NCBI GenBank assembly: GCA_963781885.1
Contig: CAWAHW010000007.1
Coordinates: forward strand, 384,001-448,000
Length of the DNA stretch: 64,000 bases
From: an uncultured Spirochaetota bacterium
GTDB taxonomy: Bacteria; Spirochaetota; Spirochaetia; SZUA-6; Fen-1364
Direction: 5' to 3'
Each line of letters opens with the position of its first letter. Position 1 is the stretch's first letter. This document shows positions 38,550-48,673 of the stretch, piece after piece. The notes below the pieces were generated by a model. The model was given only the letters and a program-made list of their open reading frames with translations. It was not told where the DNA came from and did no database searches. The position numbers and the translations under genes were made by a program.

Positions 38550-39141
38550 CGACGGCGTCCAGCGCGCCGATGACATCCTGCATGCTCCCGGCATAACCCT
38601 CGCGGGCGAGCGTCGTACAGAACTCTTCGTGCGTCCTCCCCCGCCTGTAGGCGGGGACCTTTGCGGGCATCGCCAGATACCGCGTGAAAAGCGAGATGTC
38701 GGTATCCACCAGGAGGCTTGCCTGGTAGAAGAGCACGAGCCGGGTGCGGTAGATCGATGTCCCGACGATCTTTTTTTCGCCGATGGCCAGGTCGGAGATG
38801 CCTGCGGGCTGCACGCCGGGAACGCCCAGCCCTGAAAGCGCCTCGACGATCCAGGCATTGATCTCCGCCGCATATTCCTTGTTGCGGAATGGCGAGGAGA
38901 CCTCCGTGACAACCGCGATCACGACCTGCCCCGGCCCCAGGACGACCGTGCCGCCCCCTCCCCGCCTTCTGAGCCACGGCACGCCATCCGCGGCAAGCGC
39001 CTCCCGGCGGAGGTCCTGCTCGGGTCTGCCGGCGGCTCCGAGCACCGCGCAGAGAGTGTCAGGCTCGTAGATGCGGGAGACGGGCGCTCCTGTCTTTCGG
39101 TACCGCTCCAGGAGATCCTCGTTGACCGTCAGCTCGGGCAC
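38521..39141 (-). CDS. Lipoate-protein ligase family (LplA catalytic domain only)
   Basis: RRRGGGGTVVLGPG, SDL....KKIVG, YR.GR.H..F. Confidence 0.85.
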   Translation of the reverse strand: MPELTVNEDLLERYRKTGAPVSRIYEPDTLCAVLGAAGRPEQDLRREALAADGVPWLRRRGGGGTVVLGPGQVVIAVVTEVSSPFRNKEYAAEINAWIVEALSGLGVPGVQPAGISDLAIGEKKIVGTSIYRTRLVLFYQASLLVDTDISLFTRYLAMPAKVPAYRRGRTHEEFCTTLAREGYAGSMQDVIGALDAVVSARLPLLK

Positions 39142-39146
39142 CGGGG

Positions 39147-39581
39147 CTACTGCATCTTCTTCTTCAGAGCGTCCAGGGCGGCAGAGGCCTCTTCTTTTTT
39201 CATCGCCTCTCCGAGCGTGTCCTTCTCCCCGACGACCATCCGGAGCTGCGCGAGGAGCAGGTCGGCATCGATCAGCTTCCCGCCGGTCATGCGGATGCGC
39301 GTGAGCTTGTCCTTCAGCACGGCGACTTTCGCCCGCAGGTCGGAAAGCTCCGTCTCCAGCTGCGCCTGCTTTGCCGTGGCGTCGGAGAGACGGGCCTGCG
39401 CCTGCGCCGCGAGGCCTTCGTCTCCCGCGCCGCGCGCCAGAGTCACGCGCCGGGTCCAGAGATTGGCGTCCTCCTGCGCGGCGGCAAGGGCCTTCTCCGT
39501 CTGCTTCAACGTCGTGATGAAGCCCAGCACGTAAGCGGCGGCCTGCTGCGGGGTGAGCCCTTCAATGTCGGTATCGAGCAT
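39147..39581 (-). CDS. PspA/IM30-like coiled-coil protein
   Basis: W..RV.LA...GDE.LA.QA motif; C-terminal AALDALKKKM. Confidence 0.65.
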   Translation of the reverse strand: MLDTDIEGLTPQQAAAYVLGFITTLKQTEKALAAAQEDANLWTRRVTLARGAGDEGLAAQAQARLSDATAKQAQLETELSDLRAKVAVLKDKLTRIRMTGGKLIDADLLLAQLRMVVGEKDTLGEAMKKEEASAALDALKKKMQ

Positions 39582-39670
39582 CGCGCATCTCCCGGTGCTG
39601 AGGATAGCATGAGGCGGCTTCTCTTGCATCCTCCCTGCCAACTTGGTAGTCTTTCGCGGCCGGAGATAGC

Positions 39671-40507
39671 ATGACGACGTGGGCTTTGACGGGAATACTC
39701 CTGGGGGCATCAGCGGCTGCCGGACTCCTGGGTTCGCTCACGGGGCTGGGCGGCGGAATCGTTATCATCCCCCTTCTCACGATCGTCATGGGAGTCGACA
39801 TCCGCTATGCAATCGGCGCGTCCCTCATCTCGGTCATCGCAACCTCGTCCGGCGCCGCCGCCGCGTACGTGCGGGAAGGAATTACCAACATCCGCATCGG
39901 CATGTTCCTGGAGATCGCAACCACCCTGGGAGCGCTTGGCGGGGCATTCATCGCCCTGTTCGTGACGCCGGACCTCATTGCGGTGGTCTTCGGTCTCATG
40001 TTGCTGTATTCCGCCTTCCTCATGTTCCGCGCGCCGCCTGGCGACGGTTCCCCCGTCCCCCGCAATTCGCTCGCGACGCGGCTGAAGTTGAATGGGACCT
40101 ACCCGGGACCCGAGGGGACACGAAGCTACAACGTGCGCGCAGTACCGGCGGGATTTGCGCTGATGGCCGTCGCGGGAGTGCTTTCGGGACTTCTGGGAAT
40201 CGGGTCCGGAGCGTTGAAGGTGATCGCAATGGATCGCGTCATGCGGATGCCCTTCAAGGTTTCCACGACGACGAGCAATTTCATGATCGGTGTGACCGCG
40301 GCGGCGAGCGCAGGCGTCTACCTGAGCCGGGGATACATCGACCCCGCGCTCGCGCTCCCGATCATCCTGGGAGTGCTTGTCGGATCGCTCGTCGGTGCGC
40401 GCTTTCTGGCTGCCGCGAAAACCCGGACGCTGCGGATCGTATTCGCGCTGGCGATCGTCTTCCTTGGCTTCGAGATGCTCTACAAGGGCTTCACGGGAAG
40501 GCTGTGA
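39671..40507 (+). CDS. TauE/SafE (TSUP) family membrane transporter
   Basis: GSLTGLGGG, AIGASL.SVIATSSG, SGLLGIGSGALKV.AMD, STTTSNFMIGVTAAASA. Confidence 0.92.
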   Translation: MTTWALTGILLGASAAAGLLGSLTGLGGGIVIIPLLTIVMGVDIRYAIGASLISVIATSSGAAAAYVREGITNIRIGMFLEIATTLGALGGAFIALFVTPDLIAVVFGLMLLYSAFLMFRAPPGDGSPVPRNSLATRLKLNGTYPGPEGTRSYNVRAVPAGFALMAVAGVLSGLLGIGSGALKVIAMDRVMRMPFKVSTTTSNFMIGVTAAASAGVYLSRGYIDPALALPIILGVLVGSLVGARFLAAAKTRTLRIVFALAIVFLGFEMLYKGFTGRL

Positions 40508-40508
40508 A

Positions 40509-40895
40509 ATGAGACAGCCGCGTCCTGTCGACGATCATCGTATCCAGCTCCTCATCGGCTCCTTGCTGCGCGTCGGTGTTATTGCCGCAGCGGGCATCGC
40601 GCTTGCCGGCGGGGTCTGGTATTTGAGCGCGCACGGCGGGGATGTTCCTCACTATGACACGTTCCGCGGCGAACCGGTTTTCCTGAGACGCATCGCGGAC
40701 GTGGTTGCTGCGGTTGTGGCCGGACACAGTGCCGCACTCATCCAGCTCGGGCTTCTCGTGTTGATCGCGGTTCCCATCGCGCGCGTGGCGGTATCCCTCG
40801 TCGCTTTTGCCATCGAGCGGGACTGGATGTACTGCGTCGTGACCGTTCTGGTGCTCGCGATTCTTTTGTTCTCGCTCCTGGGGGGGAGACTCTGA
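40509..40895 (+). CDS. DUF1634-like membrane protein
   Basis: LLRVGV...GG..YL...IQLGLLVLIA.PIARV...ERDW.Y; usual partner of this TauE subfamily. Confidence 0.82.
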   Translation: MRQPRPVDDHRIQLLIGSLLRVGVIAAAGIALAGGVWYLSAHGGDVPHYDTFRGEPVFLRRIADVVAAVVAGHSAALIQLGLLVLIAVPIARVAVSLVAFAIERDWMYCVVTVLVLAILLFSLLGGRL

Positions 40896-40898
40896 GTC

Positions 40899-42245
40899 GT
40901 GATTCACTCCTCCGACGATCCCATTGCCGCCCTCGCCACCGCCCCCGTCTCCAGCGCACTCGCCGTCATCCGTGTTTCAGGCAGGGGCACGCTGGACATC
41001 CTTTCGGGCCTCGTGCGCGGCGCCGCGGTCGGCGGGATGCCGGGCCACACGATCCACCGCTGCCTGTTCCGCGACGGCGCGGAAGACATCGATGACGTGA
41101 TGCTCGCTGTGTATCGCGCGCCGCACAGCTACACCGGCGAGGAGGCGGCCGAGATATTCTGCCACGGCAGTCTCCCGGTCATCACGCGTCTCCTTTCGGT
41201 CCTCACGCGCGCGGGATTCCGCGCCGCCGGCCCCGGGGAGTTCACCCAGCGCGCTTTTCTCAACGGCAGGATGGACCTCACGGCCGCGGAGGCCGTGAAC
41301 GAGATCGTGCGCGCGCGCACGGACAGGGCGCGCGGTCTGGCGCTCCAGAGGCTGAGCGGTGCGGTGGAGGCCCGGGTGCGTGCCGCGCGCGACGCCCTGA
41401 TCGACCTGCGCGCGTCGCTGGAGGCGGCCATCGACTATCCCGAGGACGGCATCGCGGATGACAGCATCGATGCGCCGCTGCGGCAGGCGCAGGCGGTGCT
41501 CGAAGGGCTCGTCGGCACCTATCGCCAGGGCAGGCTCTACCAGGAGGGGATGAGCGTCGCGATCGCCGGGGCGACGAATGCCGGGAAGTCCAGTCTCTTC
41601 AATGCGCTCCTGCGCCAGGACCGCGCCATCGTATCGGACATCCATGGCACGACGCGCGACTGGCTGGAAGGGACGGCGAGCATCGAGGGCATACCCGTGC
41701 GCCTGATCGACACGGCGGGTCTGCGGCGGTCGACCGATCCGGTGGAAGGGGAGGCCATGCGCCGGACGCGCCAGGTGATTGAGGCGGCCGATGCGGTCAT
41801 CTACGTTGTGGACGGCAGCCAGGGGCTGGACGCGCAGGACCGGGAGATGATCGACGGCTGGCAGGGGCAGGCCGCGCTCCTGCGCGCGTGGAACAAGACG
41901 GACCTGCCCGCGGCGCTGCCCGCGCCCGCCGGGTTCTCGCCGGTCTCCGCCACGACAGGCGCCGGTGTGGACCGCATCGAGCGGGCCGTGGCCGAGGCCG
42001 CGCTCGGGGAAGCGCCGCGCGACGCCGGAGAGCCCCTGATCGATTCCGAGCGCCAGCGGGACCTCCTGCAGCGTGCTCTTTCCGCGCTGCGGCGCTTCGC
42101 GGAGGCGCGGCATGCCGGCATCAGCGCGGACCTCCTGGCCGTGGACGTGGCGGACGCGCTGGACGCGCTGGGCGAGATCACCGGCGCGGTGACGAGCGCG
42201 GAGATACTCGACCGCATGTTCTCCCGCTTCTGCGTGGGCAAATAG
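40899..42245 (+). CDS. mnmE: tRNA modification GTPase MnmE
   Basis: AVIRVSG, PHSYTGE, PGEFTQRAFLNGRMDL, G..NAGKSSLFN, GTTRD, DTAG, NK.D, C-terminal FCVGK. Confidence 0.97.
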   Translation: MIHSSDDPIAALATAPVSSALAVIRVSGRGTLDILSGLVRGAAVGGMPGHTIHRCLFRDGAEDIDDVMLAVYRAPHSYTGEEAAEIFCHGSLPVITRLLSVLTRAGFRAAGPGEFTQRAFLNGRMDLTAAEAVNEIVRARTDRARGLALQRLSGAVEARVRAARDALIDLRASLEAAIDYPEDGIADDSIDAPLRQAQAVLEGLVGTYRQGRLYQEGMSVAIAGATNAGKSSLFNALLRQDRAIVSDIHGTTRDWLEGTASIEGIPVRLIDTAGLRRSTDPVEGEAMRRTRQVIEAADAVIYVVDGSQGLDAQDREMIDGWQGQAALLRAWNKTDLPAALPAPAGFSPVSATTGAGVDRIERAVAEAALGEAPRDAGEPLIDSERQRDLLQRALSALRRFAEARHAGISADLLAVDVADALDALGEITGAVTSAEILDRMFSRFCVGK

Positions 42246-42246
42246 C

Positions 42247-44130
42247 ATGAACCTCCCCGACCGTGACGTCGATGCGATCGTGATCGGCGCGGGACACGCC
42301 GGCATCGAGGCCGCGCTGGCGCTGGCGCGCCTGGGGTGCGCCACCCTCCTTGTCACGCAGAATCTCGACACCATCGGCCGCATGTCGTGCAACCCCGCCA
42401 TCGGCGGCATCGCCAAGGGGAATCTCGTGCGGGAGATCGATGCGCTGGGCGGCCAGATGGCCCGTCTCATCGACGCCACCATGATCCAGTTCCGTCTCCT
42501 CAACGCCAGCCGCGGCCCCGCCGTCCAGGCGCCGCGGGCCCAGGCGGACAAGCAGGCCTACGCGGCGCTTGCCAAGCTCACCCTCGAGAAGCAGCACGGC
42601 CTGAGTCTCTTCCAGGACACGGTGGTCGACTTCCTCCTGGACGGCGCGGACTCGCGCATCGCGGGGGTGGTGACCGAGCGCGGCAGGAAGATCCGCGCGC
42701 CCGCGGTGGTGCTCACGACCGGGACCTTCATGGAGGGCACGCTCTTCATCGGCGAGTGGAGCGCGCCGGGCGGAAGGCTGGGCGAACCGGCGGCAACGGG
42801 TCTGGGCCGCAATCTCCGCGGCCGCGGCTTCGAGGTCGGCAGGCTCAAGACGGGTACGCCCGCGCGCGGCCGGGGAGAATCGCTGGACAGGAGCCGCATG
42901 GAGCGCCAGGAGCCGGATGCATGCGCCATGCCCTTTTCCTTCGCCGCGACGGCGGTCGATCGCCCGGCCGTTCCCTGCTGGATCACCTACACCAACGAAG
43001 AGACGCACAGGATCATCCGGGAGAATATCCATCGCTCCCCCCTGTATGGAGGAAAAATCGTCGGGCGCGGGCCGCGCTATTGCCCCTCCATCGAAGACAA
43101 GGTCGTCCGTTTCCCCGATCGCGCCCGTCACCAGGTCTTCGTGGAACCGGAGGGTCTTGCAACGGACGAGGTCTATCTCAACGGCGTCTCTTCCTCGCTT
43201 CCCGAGGACGTGCAGGAGGCCTTCCTGCGCACGCTGCCGGGGCTTGAAAGGCTGGAGATCGTGCGGCCCGGGTATGCCGTGGAATACGACTATCTGCCGC
43301 CGACGCAGCTCCTTCCCAGTCTCATGACGAAGCGCCTTGAAGGGCTTTTCATCGCGGGCCAGACAAATGGCACCTCGGGTTACGAGGAGGCCGCCGCACA
43401 GGGGCTCGTGGCAGGCATCAATGCGGCGCTCTACATCCAGCACCGGGAGCCCCTGGTCCTCTCCCGCGCGGAGGCGTACATCGGTGTGATGGTCGACGAC
43501 CTCGTGACGCAGGGCACCGATGAGCCCTACCGTCTTTTCACCTCGCGCGCGGAGTATCGGCTTTCCCTCCGCCATGACACCGCCGATATGCGTCTCCTGC
43601 CCCTCGGCGCGCGGGTCGGCCTCCAGGGCCCCGAGGCCGTGGAACGGCTCCGCCGGAAGCAGGAGGGCATCGAGCAGGTGCGGGAGCTTCTGCGCTCGCG
43701 CAAAGTGAGCGCGGCCGACGCGGTGGAGCAGGCCGCGCTGGACCCGCATCGCGGCATGAGCTTCGAACAGGCGCTGCGCGATCCGGCGGTGCATGGCGCG
43801 GACCTCGCCGCGCGGGAACCCGGCCTCGCGGCCGCCCTGCCCGCATGCCTCGCGCTTGCCGAGACAGAGGTGAAGTACGAGGGATACATCCGCCGGCAGG
43901 ACGCCCTGGTGGGGCGTTTCCGTTCGATGGAAGAAAAGCGCATCCCTTCCGACTTCCCCTGGGCTGCCCTCTCCGGGATCTCCACCGAGGCGCGCGAAAA
44001 GCTTTCGCGCATTCGTCCCCTGTCCATCGGGCAAGCGTCGCGCATCCCCGGTGTGCGTCCCGCGGACATCGCCGTGCTCATGGTCCACCTCAGGGCCGTG
44101 CGCGGCACCCCGCCCGCCGGGCAGGCGTGA
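42247..44130 (+). CDS. mnmG: tRNA uridine-5-carboxymethylaminomethyl modification enzyme MnmG (GidA)
   Basis: GAGHAGIEAA, MSCNPAIGG, GPRYCPSIEDK, AGQTNGTSGYEEAAAQG. Confidence 0.97.
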   Translation: MNLPDRDVDAIVIGAGHAGIEAALALARLGCATLLVTQNLDTIGRMSCNPAIGGIAKGNLVREIDALGGQMARLIDATMIQFRLLNASRGPAVQAPRAQADKQAYAALAKLTLEKQHGLSLFQDTVVDFLLDGADSRIAGVVTERGRKIRAPAVVLTTGTFMEGTLFIGEWSAPGGRLGEPAATGLGRNLRGRGFEVGRLKTGTPARGRGESLDRSRMERQEPDACAMPFSFAATAVDRPAVPCWITYTNEETHRIIRENIHRSPLYGGKIVGRGPRYCPSIEDKVVRFPDRARHQVFVEPEGLATDEVYLNGVSSSLPEDVQEAFLRTLPGLERLEIVRPGYAVEYDYLPPTQLLPSLMTKRLEGLFIAGQTNGTSGYEEAAAQGLVAGINAALYIQHREPLVLSRAEAYIGVMVDDLVTQGTDEPYRLFTSRAEYRLSLRHDTADMRLLPLGARVGLQGPEAVERLRRKQEGIEQVRELLRSRKVSAADAVEQAALDPHRGMSFEQALRDPAVHGADLAAREPGLAAALPACLALAETEVKYEGYIRRQDALVGRFRSMEEKRIPSDFPWAALSGISTEAREKLSRIRPLSIGQASRIPGVRPADIAVLMVHLRAVRGTPPAGQA

Positions 44131-44132
44131 CG

Positions 44133-44792
44133 ATGGCCGACCCGCACGAACGGCTGCGCGAGGGCCTTGCCCTTCTTTCCGTCCCCGATGCCGACCGCGC
44201 CTGCACGCGCCTGGAAGAGTTCCTGGCAGAGCTCGAGCGCTGGAATCCACGTTTCGGGCTCGTGAAGCACGGCGGCATGGAAGACCTTGTTGTCAAGCAC
44301 GTGTTGGACTCCCTCTCCGCGTGGACGGCAATACGCGACGCGATGGGATCCGCCGGCGGGACGGTTCTCGACGTGGGGTCGGGTGCAGGATTCCCCGGTA
44401 TTCCCCTTGCGATTGTGCTGCCCGGAAGCCGGTTCACGCTGCTGGAGCGCATGACGAAAAGGGCCGCCTTCCTGCGCACCTGCGGCGTGCTCCTGGGCCT
44501 GACCGGGCTGCGCGTGCTCGCCTGCGACCTGGGGGAGCTGCAGGACAGCTTCGACGTCGTCACATTTCGCGCGGTCGCGCCGCTGGGCCGTTTTCTCGCC
44601 GACATCGAAGGAAGCGGCGTTCGGTGGCGGACCATCGTCGCGTACAAGGGGCGCCGGGAGCGCGCGCGGGAGGAGATCGAGGAAGCATCCCGCGCGCACC
44701 CGGGGCTTTACGCGATGGATGCGCGGCCCTTGTCCACGCCTTTCCTCGAGGAACAGAGGTGCATCATCGTCGTTTCACGCCTTTCGGATTGA
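44133..44792 (+). CDS. rsmG: 16S rRNA m7G527 methyltransferase RsmG (GidB)
   Basis: HVLDSL, LDVGSGAGFPGIPLA, KRAAFL, TFRA, YKG. Confidence 0.93.
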   Translation: MADPHERLREGLALLSVPDADRACTRLEEFLAELERWNPRFGLVKHGGMEDLVVKHVLDSLSAWTAIRDAMGSAGGTVLDVGSGAGFPGIPLAIVLPGSRFTLLERMTKRAAFLRTCGVLLGLTGLRVLACDLGELQDSFDVVTFRAVAPLGRFLADIEGSGVRWRTIVAYKGRRERAREEIEEASRAHPGLYAMDARPLSTPFLEEQRCIIVVSRLSD

Positions 44793-44840
44793 CAAACGGG
44801 TGTTGCCGGGATACGCTTTTTCCAAGGGAGAGCCCTTGCA

Positions 44841-45743
44841 TTGAGCGATTCGACGATCGGCATAAAAATAGCAGACGGCTCATACTATCCGATCCTGGAG
44901 CAGGGCTTTACGGGTCGGAAGAAGCTCACCGTCACCACGGCCAAGAACAACCAGGACAAGGTCAAGATCGATCTCTACCGGGGCAGCGGCGCATCCCTTG
45001 CGGAGGCGAGCTTCGTCGGCAGCCTCGTCGTGGAGAACATACCGCCCGCCGCGCAGGGCGCGCCGGAGATCGAGCTGCTCCTCAGCCTCGACGAGCAGGG
45101 GCAGCTATCCGCCGAAGCGAATGACGCCCGGACGGGAGAATCGCAGAGATTCGCCACCACGCTTGCGGCACCTGCCGAATCAGAGACCTTCAGCGAGCCC
45201 GAGCTCGTGATGGACGAGGCGGACGCCGAGCTTTCCAGCCTTGAGGAGCCCGCCCTGACGGGCGAGGCCTACCCCGTGGGAGAGAAGGACCGGCGGGAAG
45301 AAGTCCTGCACCGCAGGACGCCGAACATCATCCTGCTCGTCCTTTTCGTCGTGCTCGGCGTTGCCCTGGTTGCCGCCGTCGCCTATTTCGTCTATCGCGC
45401 CATCCAGGGTCCCGCGGTGCCCGCGCTGAGCTCCTCCACCGTCACCGTGCCCGCCGCCTCGACCGCGCAGCAGTCACCTGCGCCGGCTGCGACCCCGCAG
45501 GCGTCGTCACAGACCACGGCGCAGACCGCCGCGCCCACCGCAATGACGGCGCAGCCGGCGCCGGCCATGACCGCACCTGTCAAGCAGGCGAGCTACCTCA
45601 TCAAGAGGGGCGACACGCTGTGGGACATCTCGGCTACCTATTACCGCAACCCCTGGCTGTACCCGAAGCTGGCAACCGCCAATTCCATCAAGAACCCGGA
45701 CCTCATTTTTGCGGGCACACGGATCATCATTCCAGAGAATTGA
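44841..45743 (+). CDS. Hsp70 substrate-binding-like domain + TM + LysM protein
   Basis: TTAKNNQDKVKIDLYRG...IPPAAQGAPEIELLLSLDEQGQLSAEA.D..TG resembles DnaK SBD-beta; TM; LysM YLIKRGDTLWDISATYY.NPWLYP.LA..N.IKNPDLIFAG; promoter TTGACA-17-TACGCT at 44789-44817. Confidence 0.85.
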   Translation: MSDSTIGIKIADGSYYPILEQGFTGRKKLTVTTAKNNQDKVKIDLYRGSGASLAEASFVGSLVVENIPPAAQGAPEIELLLSLDEQGQLSAEANDARTGESQRFATTLAAPAESETFSEPELVMDEADAELSSLEEPALTGEAYPVGEKDRREEVLHRRTPNIILLVLFVVLGVALVAAVAYFVYRAIQGPAVPALSSSTVTVPAASTAQQSPAPAATPQASSQTTAQTAAPTAMTAQPAPAMTAPVKQASYLIKRGDTLWDISATYYRNPWLYPKLATANSIKNPDLIFAGTRIIIPEN

Positions 45744-47908
45744 GCTTTTCCTCCTCCTCCTTGCATTCCCCCTGTTCTCCGCGGGATGCGGCCCGCGGAT
45801 GGTCTGGGGGATCCCCGCGGACGCGCTGAAGGCGGATCTATCTGCCGGGCGCTACGCCCTGCTCTCATCCGTCGACTTCGGGTCGCAGAACCCCCGCGAC
45901 TGTCTCGCCCTTTCCGCGGACGCGCCCTTCTACCTGGCGGCCGTCTTCGACAGCCTGCAGAAGCCGGCGGAGGCGATGGCGATGCTGTCGCTTGCCCGCA
46001 GCGACAGCCCGAGCCCCTGGAAGGAGGAGGCGGAGATCCAGCTCGCGCGGCGCTCCATCACGGACAAGGGCTACGACGCGGCAGTCGAGGTGTCGCGGGA
46101 TCTCGTCTCGTCGCGCACGCCGGACGTCGAGCAGCGCGGACGCCGGCTGCTCGTCGAGTCACTGTACTGGAGCAAGGACGATGCCGGGGTGATCCGGGAA
46201 GCGGAGAGGCTCACGGCGCCCGACCCGGAGGTGCTCCTGTTCCGCGCCGTGAGCTCCCTGCGGCTGGGTCTTGCCCCTGCCCACGACCTTGTCATGCAGC
46301 TTTTCCTCCATGACCGCGTCTCCGTCCTCCATGCGCGGGCCTGCACGTTCATCTCCGCCGAGCCCGCTTACTGGGGCCTTTTCAGCGACGAGGAACAGGC
46401 TCTCCTTTCCGGCAAGAACGAGGCCGCATTCGGCGACTGGGGCAAGGCGCTGCCCCTGCTTGAAGGGGTCCTGGTTTCCATCGACCCCGCGCGCATCACC
46501 GATGGCACGCTCGTGGTCGACCTGGGCAGCGCGTATCTTTCGGCCTCCCGCTTCCTGCCGGGCGGCCAATTCATGGAGAAGCTCGCCGGTCGGTTGACCG
46601 GTCAGGCGCGCGCGGACGCGCTGGAGCAGGCGGGAAGGCTGTATCGCAAGGCGCGCGATTTTCCCAGCGCGCTCGCGCAGTTTCGCACCGTGGCGGTGGA
46701 GGCGTTGACGTCGGCGCAGCGCGACCGCGCGCGCTGGTTCATTGCCGACATCCTCTTTGAAACGGCGCCGATGGACCTCACGGCCCAGATCTCCGCTGAA
46801 TCGACGCAGTGGAACGATCGGTCGTATTTCATCGCCATGCTGCAAGACCGGATTGCGGACCTCGTGACGACGCGGGCGTGGAAGACGCTTTCCGGTCTGT
46901 GGCTCGGGCTACGGACGACCGGGCCGGACGTTGTTCTGCGCGCAGCTTTCCTACCTGCTTGCACGCGGCTGGCAGGAAGGCAAGGTCGTGCGGCTGCCCG
47001 GGTCGCCGCCCCTCACCGCGCGCGAGCTTTTCCAGGACGCGGAGAACCGGGACCCTGTCGGCTACTACGGCATCCTTTCCGCGAGCATCCTGGGCGACAT
47101 GCCGGAAAAGGCCGTGCCCTCCACCGCCGCGGCAGAGACGGCTGTGGAGCTCGATCCGCTCAGCGCCGGCTACATCCGTTTCGGGCTTCCCGCGCAGGCC
47201 TACGCCCGGCTCTGGCCCACGCGGGATGGAATGACGAATGCCCAGCTCATGAGCGCGGCGCGCGCGCTCGCCGACGCCGGCGACTACAGGAGCTCGCTGT
47301 ATTTCGTGGGCGCCCTGGGCCGGAAGCGGAGGCTTTCAACCGCCGAGCTCCAGATGTACTACCCGCGTCCCTTTGCCGCCCTCATCGACCCGCTCGCCCA
47401 GGGCGCGGGCATTCCCGACCATCTCCTCTACGGGCTCCTGCGCGAGGAGAGCTACTTCGACGCGAACGTCATCTCGAGCGCCGGCGCGGTCGGTCTTTCC
47501 CAGCTCATGCCGGCGACGGCTCTGGATGAGGCCCACCGGCTCAAGATCGTGGACCCGGACCTGCGCGATCCCACGACGAACCTCACGCTCGGCGTGCGCC
47601 ATTTCGAGGACCTGCTGACAAGCGCGCGCACGCCCACAAAGGCGATGCTCGCCTACAATGCCGGGCTCAGCCGGCTGCGCGCATGGGAGAAGGCGTCGCC
47701 GAATCTTCCCCCTGACCTCTTCGTGGAAACCGTGCCGCTTGCGGAGACGCGCGATTACGTGCGCAAGATCTTCGTCTCGTCAGTGATGTATGCATTTCTC
47801 TACCACGACACAGATCCGCGCGACGCGGCCCTCTCCTTTTTCTCGCTGGAGCGCGGGCCGCTCGAACCGGAGCCGGGCGCCGCGGGTCTCCGCGTGCAGC
47901 CGCGGTGA
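45709..47908 (+). CDS. Slt-family lytic transglycosylase lipoprotein with TPR region, frameshifted near 46936
   Basis: Lipobox FSAG-C; REESYF..S.AGAVGLSQLMP.TA, AYNAG and ETRDYVRKI in the second frame; start uncertain. Confidence 0.85.
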
Positions 47909-47934
47909 GCCGCGGGGCGTGCGCCCCGCGGCTC
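47907..47934. terminator. GC-rich hairpin between convergent genes (probable bidirectional terminator)
   Basis: GAGCCGCGGGGCG-TG-CGCCCCGCGGCTC perfect inverted repeat; no U-tract. Confidence 0.55.
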
Positions 47935-47950
47935 TCACCTCATCTGGACG

Positions 47951-48673
47951 TCAGGGAATGTAGACCGGCGGGCTCGCGGCAGCCGTGCTTGCCTTTGTGC
48001 CGTCCATCGCGGCAACCGTCACCTTTACCCGCAGATAGTGACCGCTGTCGCCGCCAGAGGTCTGGTAGGTCTTCTGGGTCTCAGCGACGACGTCCGTGAA
48101 GCTCGCGTCGGTCGGCGGCTGGGAAGTGCTCGACTGCCACTGGAATGTCGTGGCGGACGTGTTCTCAGCCGAGCCCGAGACGTCGGAATAGAGATAGCCG
48201 ACCGTGAGGACTTCTCCGGCCGTCACGCCGGCTTCAGGAGAAGTTGTCGGGAGGATCCCGCCCTGCGAACGATCCACCGTTGTCACAACGTGGGTGTCCC
48301 AGTCGTCGACGCCTGACGCGCCCGGGAGGGCACCATACTGGATCACGTCTGCGTCTGCGGCGGGCGTAGAATGGTTCGTGCTCGAGGAGAGGAACCATTC
48401 GTAAATGAGGCCGTAGGACTTCGTGTCCATCGGAATCGGGTCATTACAGCTGTTGTAAAAATAGTCGTAGCTCCCCGTGAAAGCTCCTCCTGACACGCTT
48501 GTCGGACTCCACGTATACGTTCCGCCTACATTGCCGGTGCCTGTCACGACGAGCTGAAAGACCGCCGACGGCAGGTTCGGAACAATAGTGCAGCTTTCCA
48601 CCACCGCAAAAGCGGCCACCGCCACGACGCCAAGGGCGAGCGCCCGAATATGAACAGAAGACAGGATCCGCAC
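47951..48673 (-). CDS. Exported Ser/Thr-rich protein with Ig-like C-terminal domain
   Basis: N-terminal hydrophobic segment ending in ESC; GEVLTVGY.YSD..G.AE....FQW...TY....D.GHYLRVKVT Ig-like pattern. Confidence 0.65.
   Translation of the reverse strand: MRILSSVHIRALALGVVAVAAFAVVESCTIVPNLPSAVFQLVVTGTGNVGGTYTWSPTSVSGGAFTGSYDYFYNSCNDPIPMDTKSYGLIYEWFLSSSTNHSTPAADADVIQYGALPGASGVDDWDTHVVTTVDRSQGGILPTTSPEAGVTAGEVLTVGYLYSDVSGSAENTSATTFQWQSSTSQPPTDASFTDVVAETQKTYQTSGGDSGHYLRVKVTVAAMDGTKASTAAASPPVYIP

Noticed and set aside
40899-44792. mnmE-mnmG-rsmG as a marker of the replication origin
   Set aside because: No dnaA, yidC or parAB and no DnaA-box cluster seen; this triad is away from oriC in other spirochetes such as Borrelia
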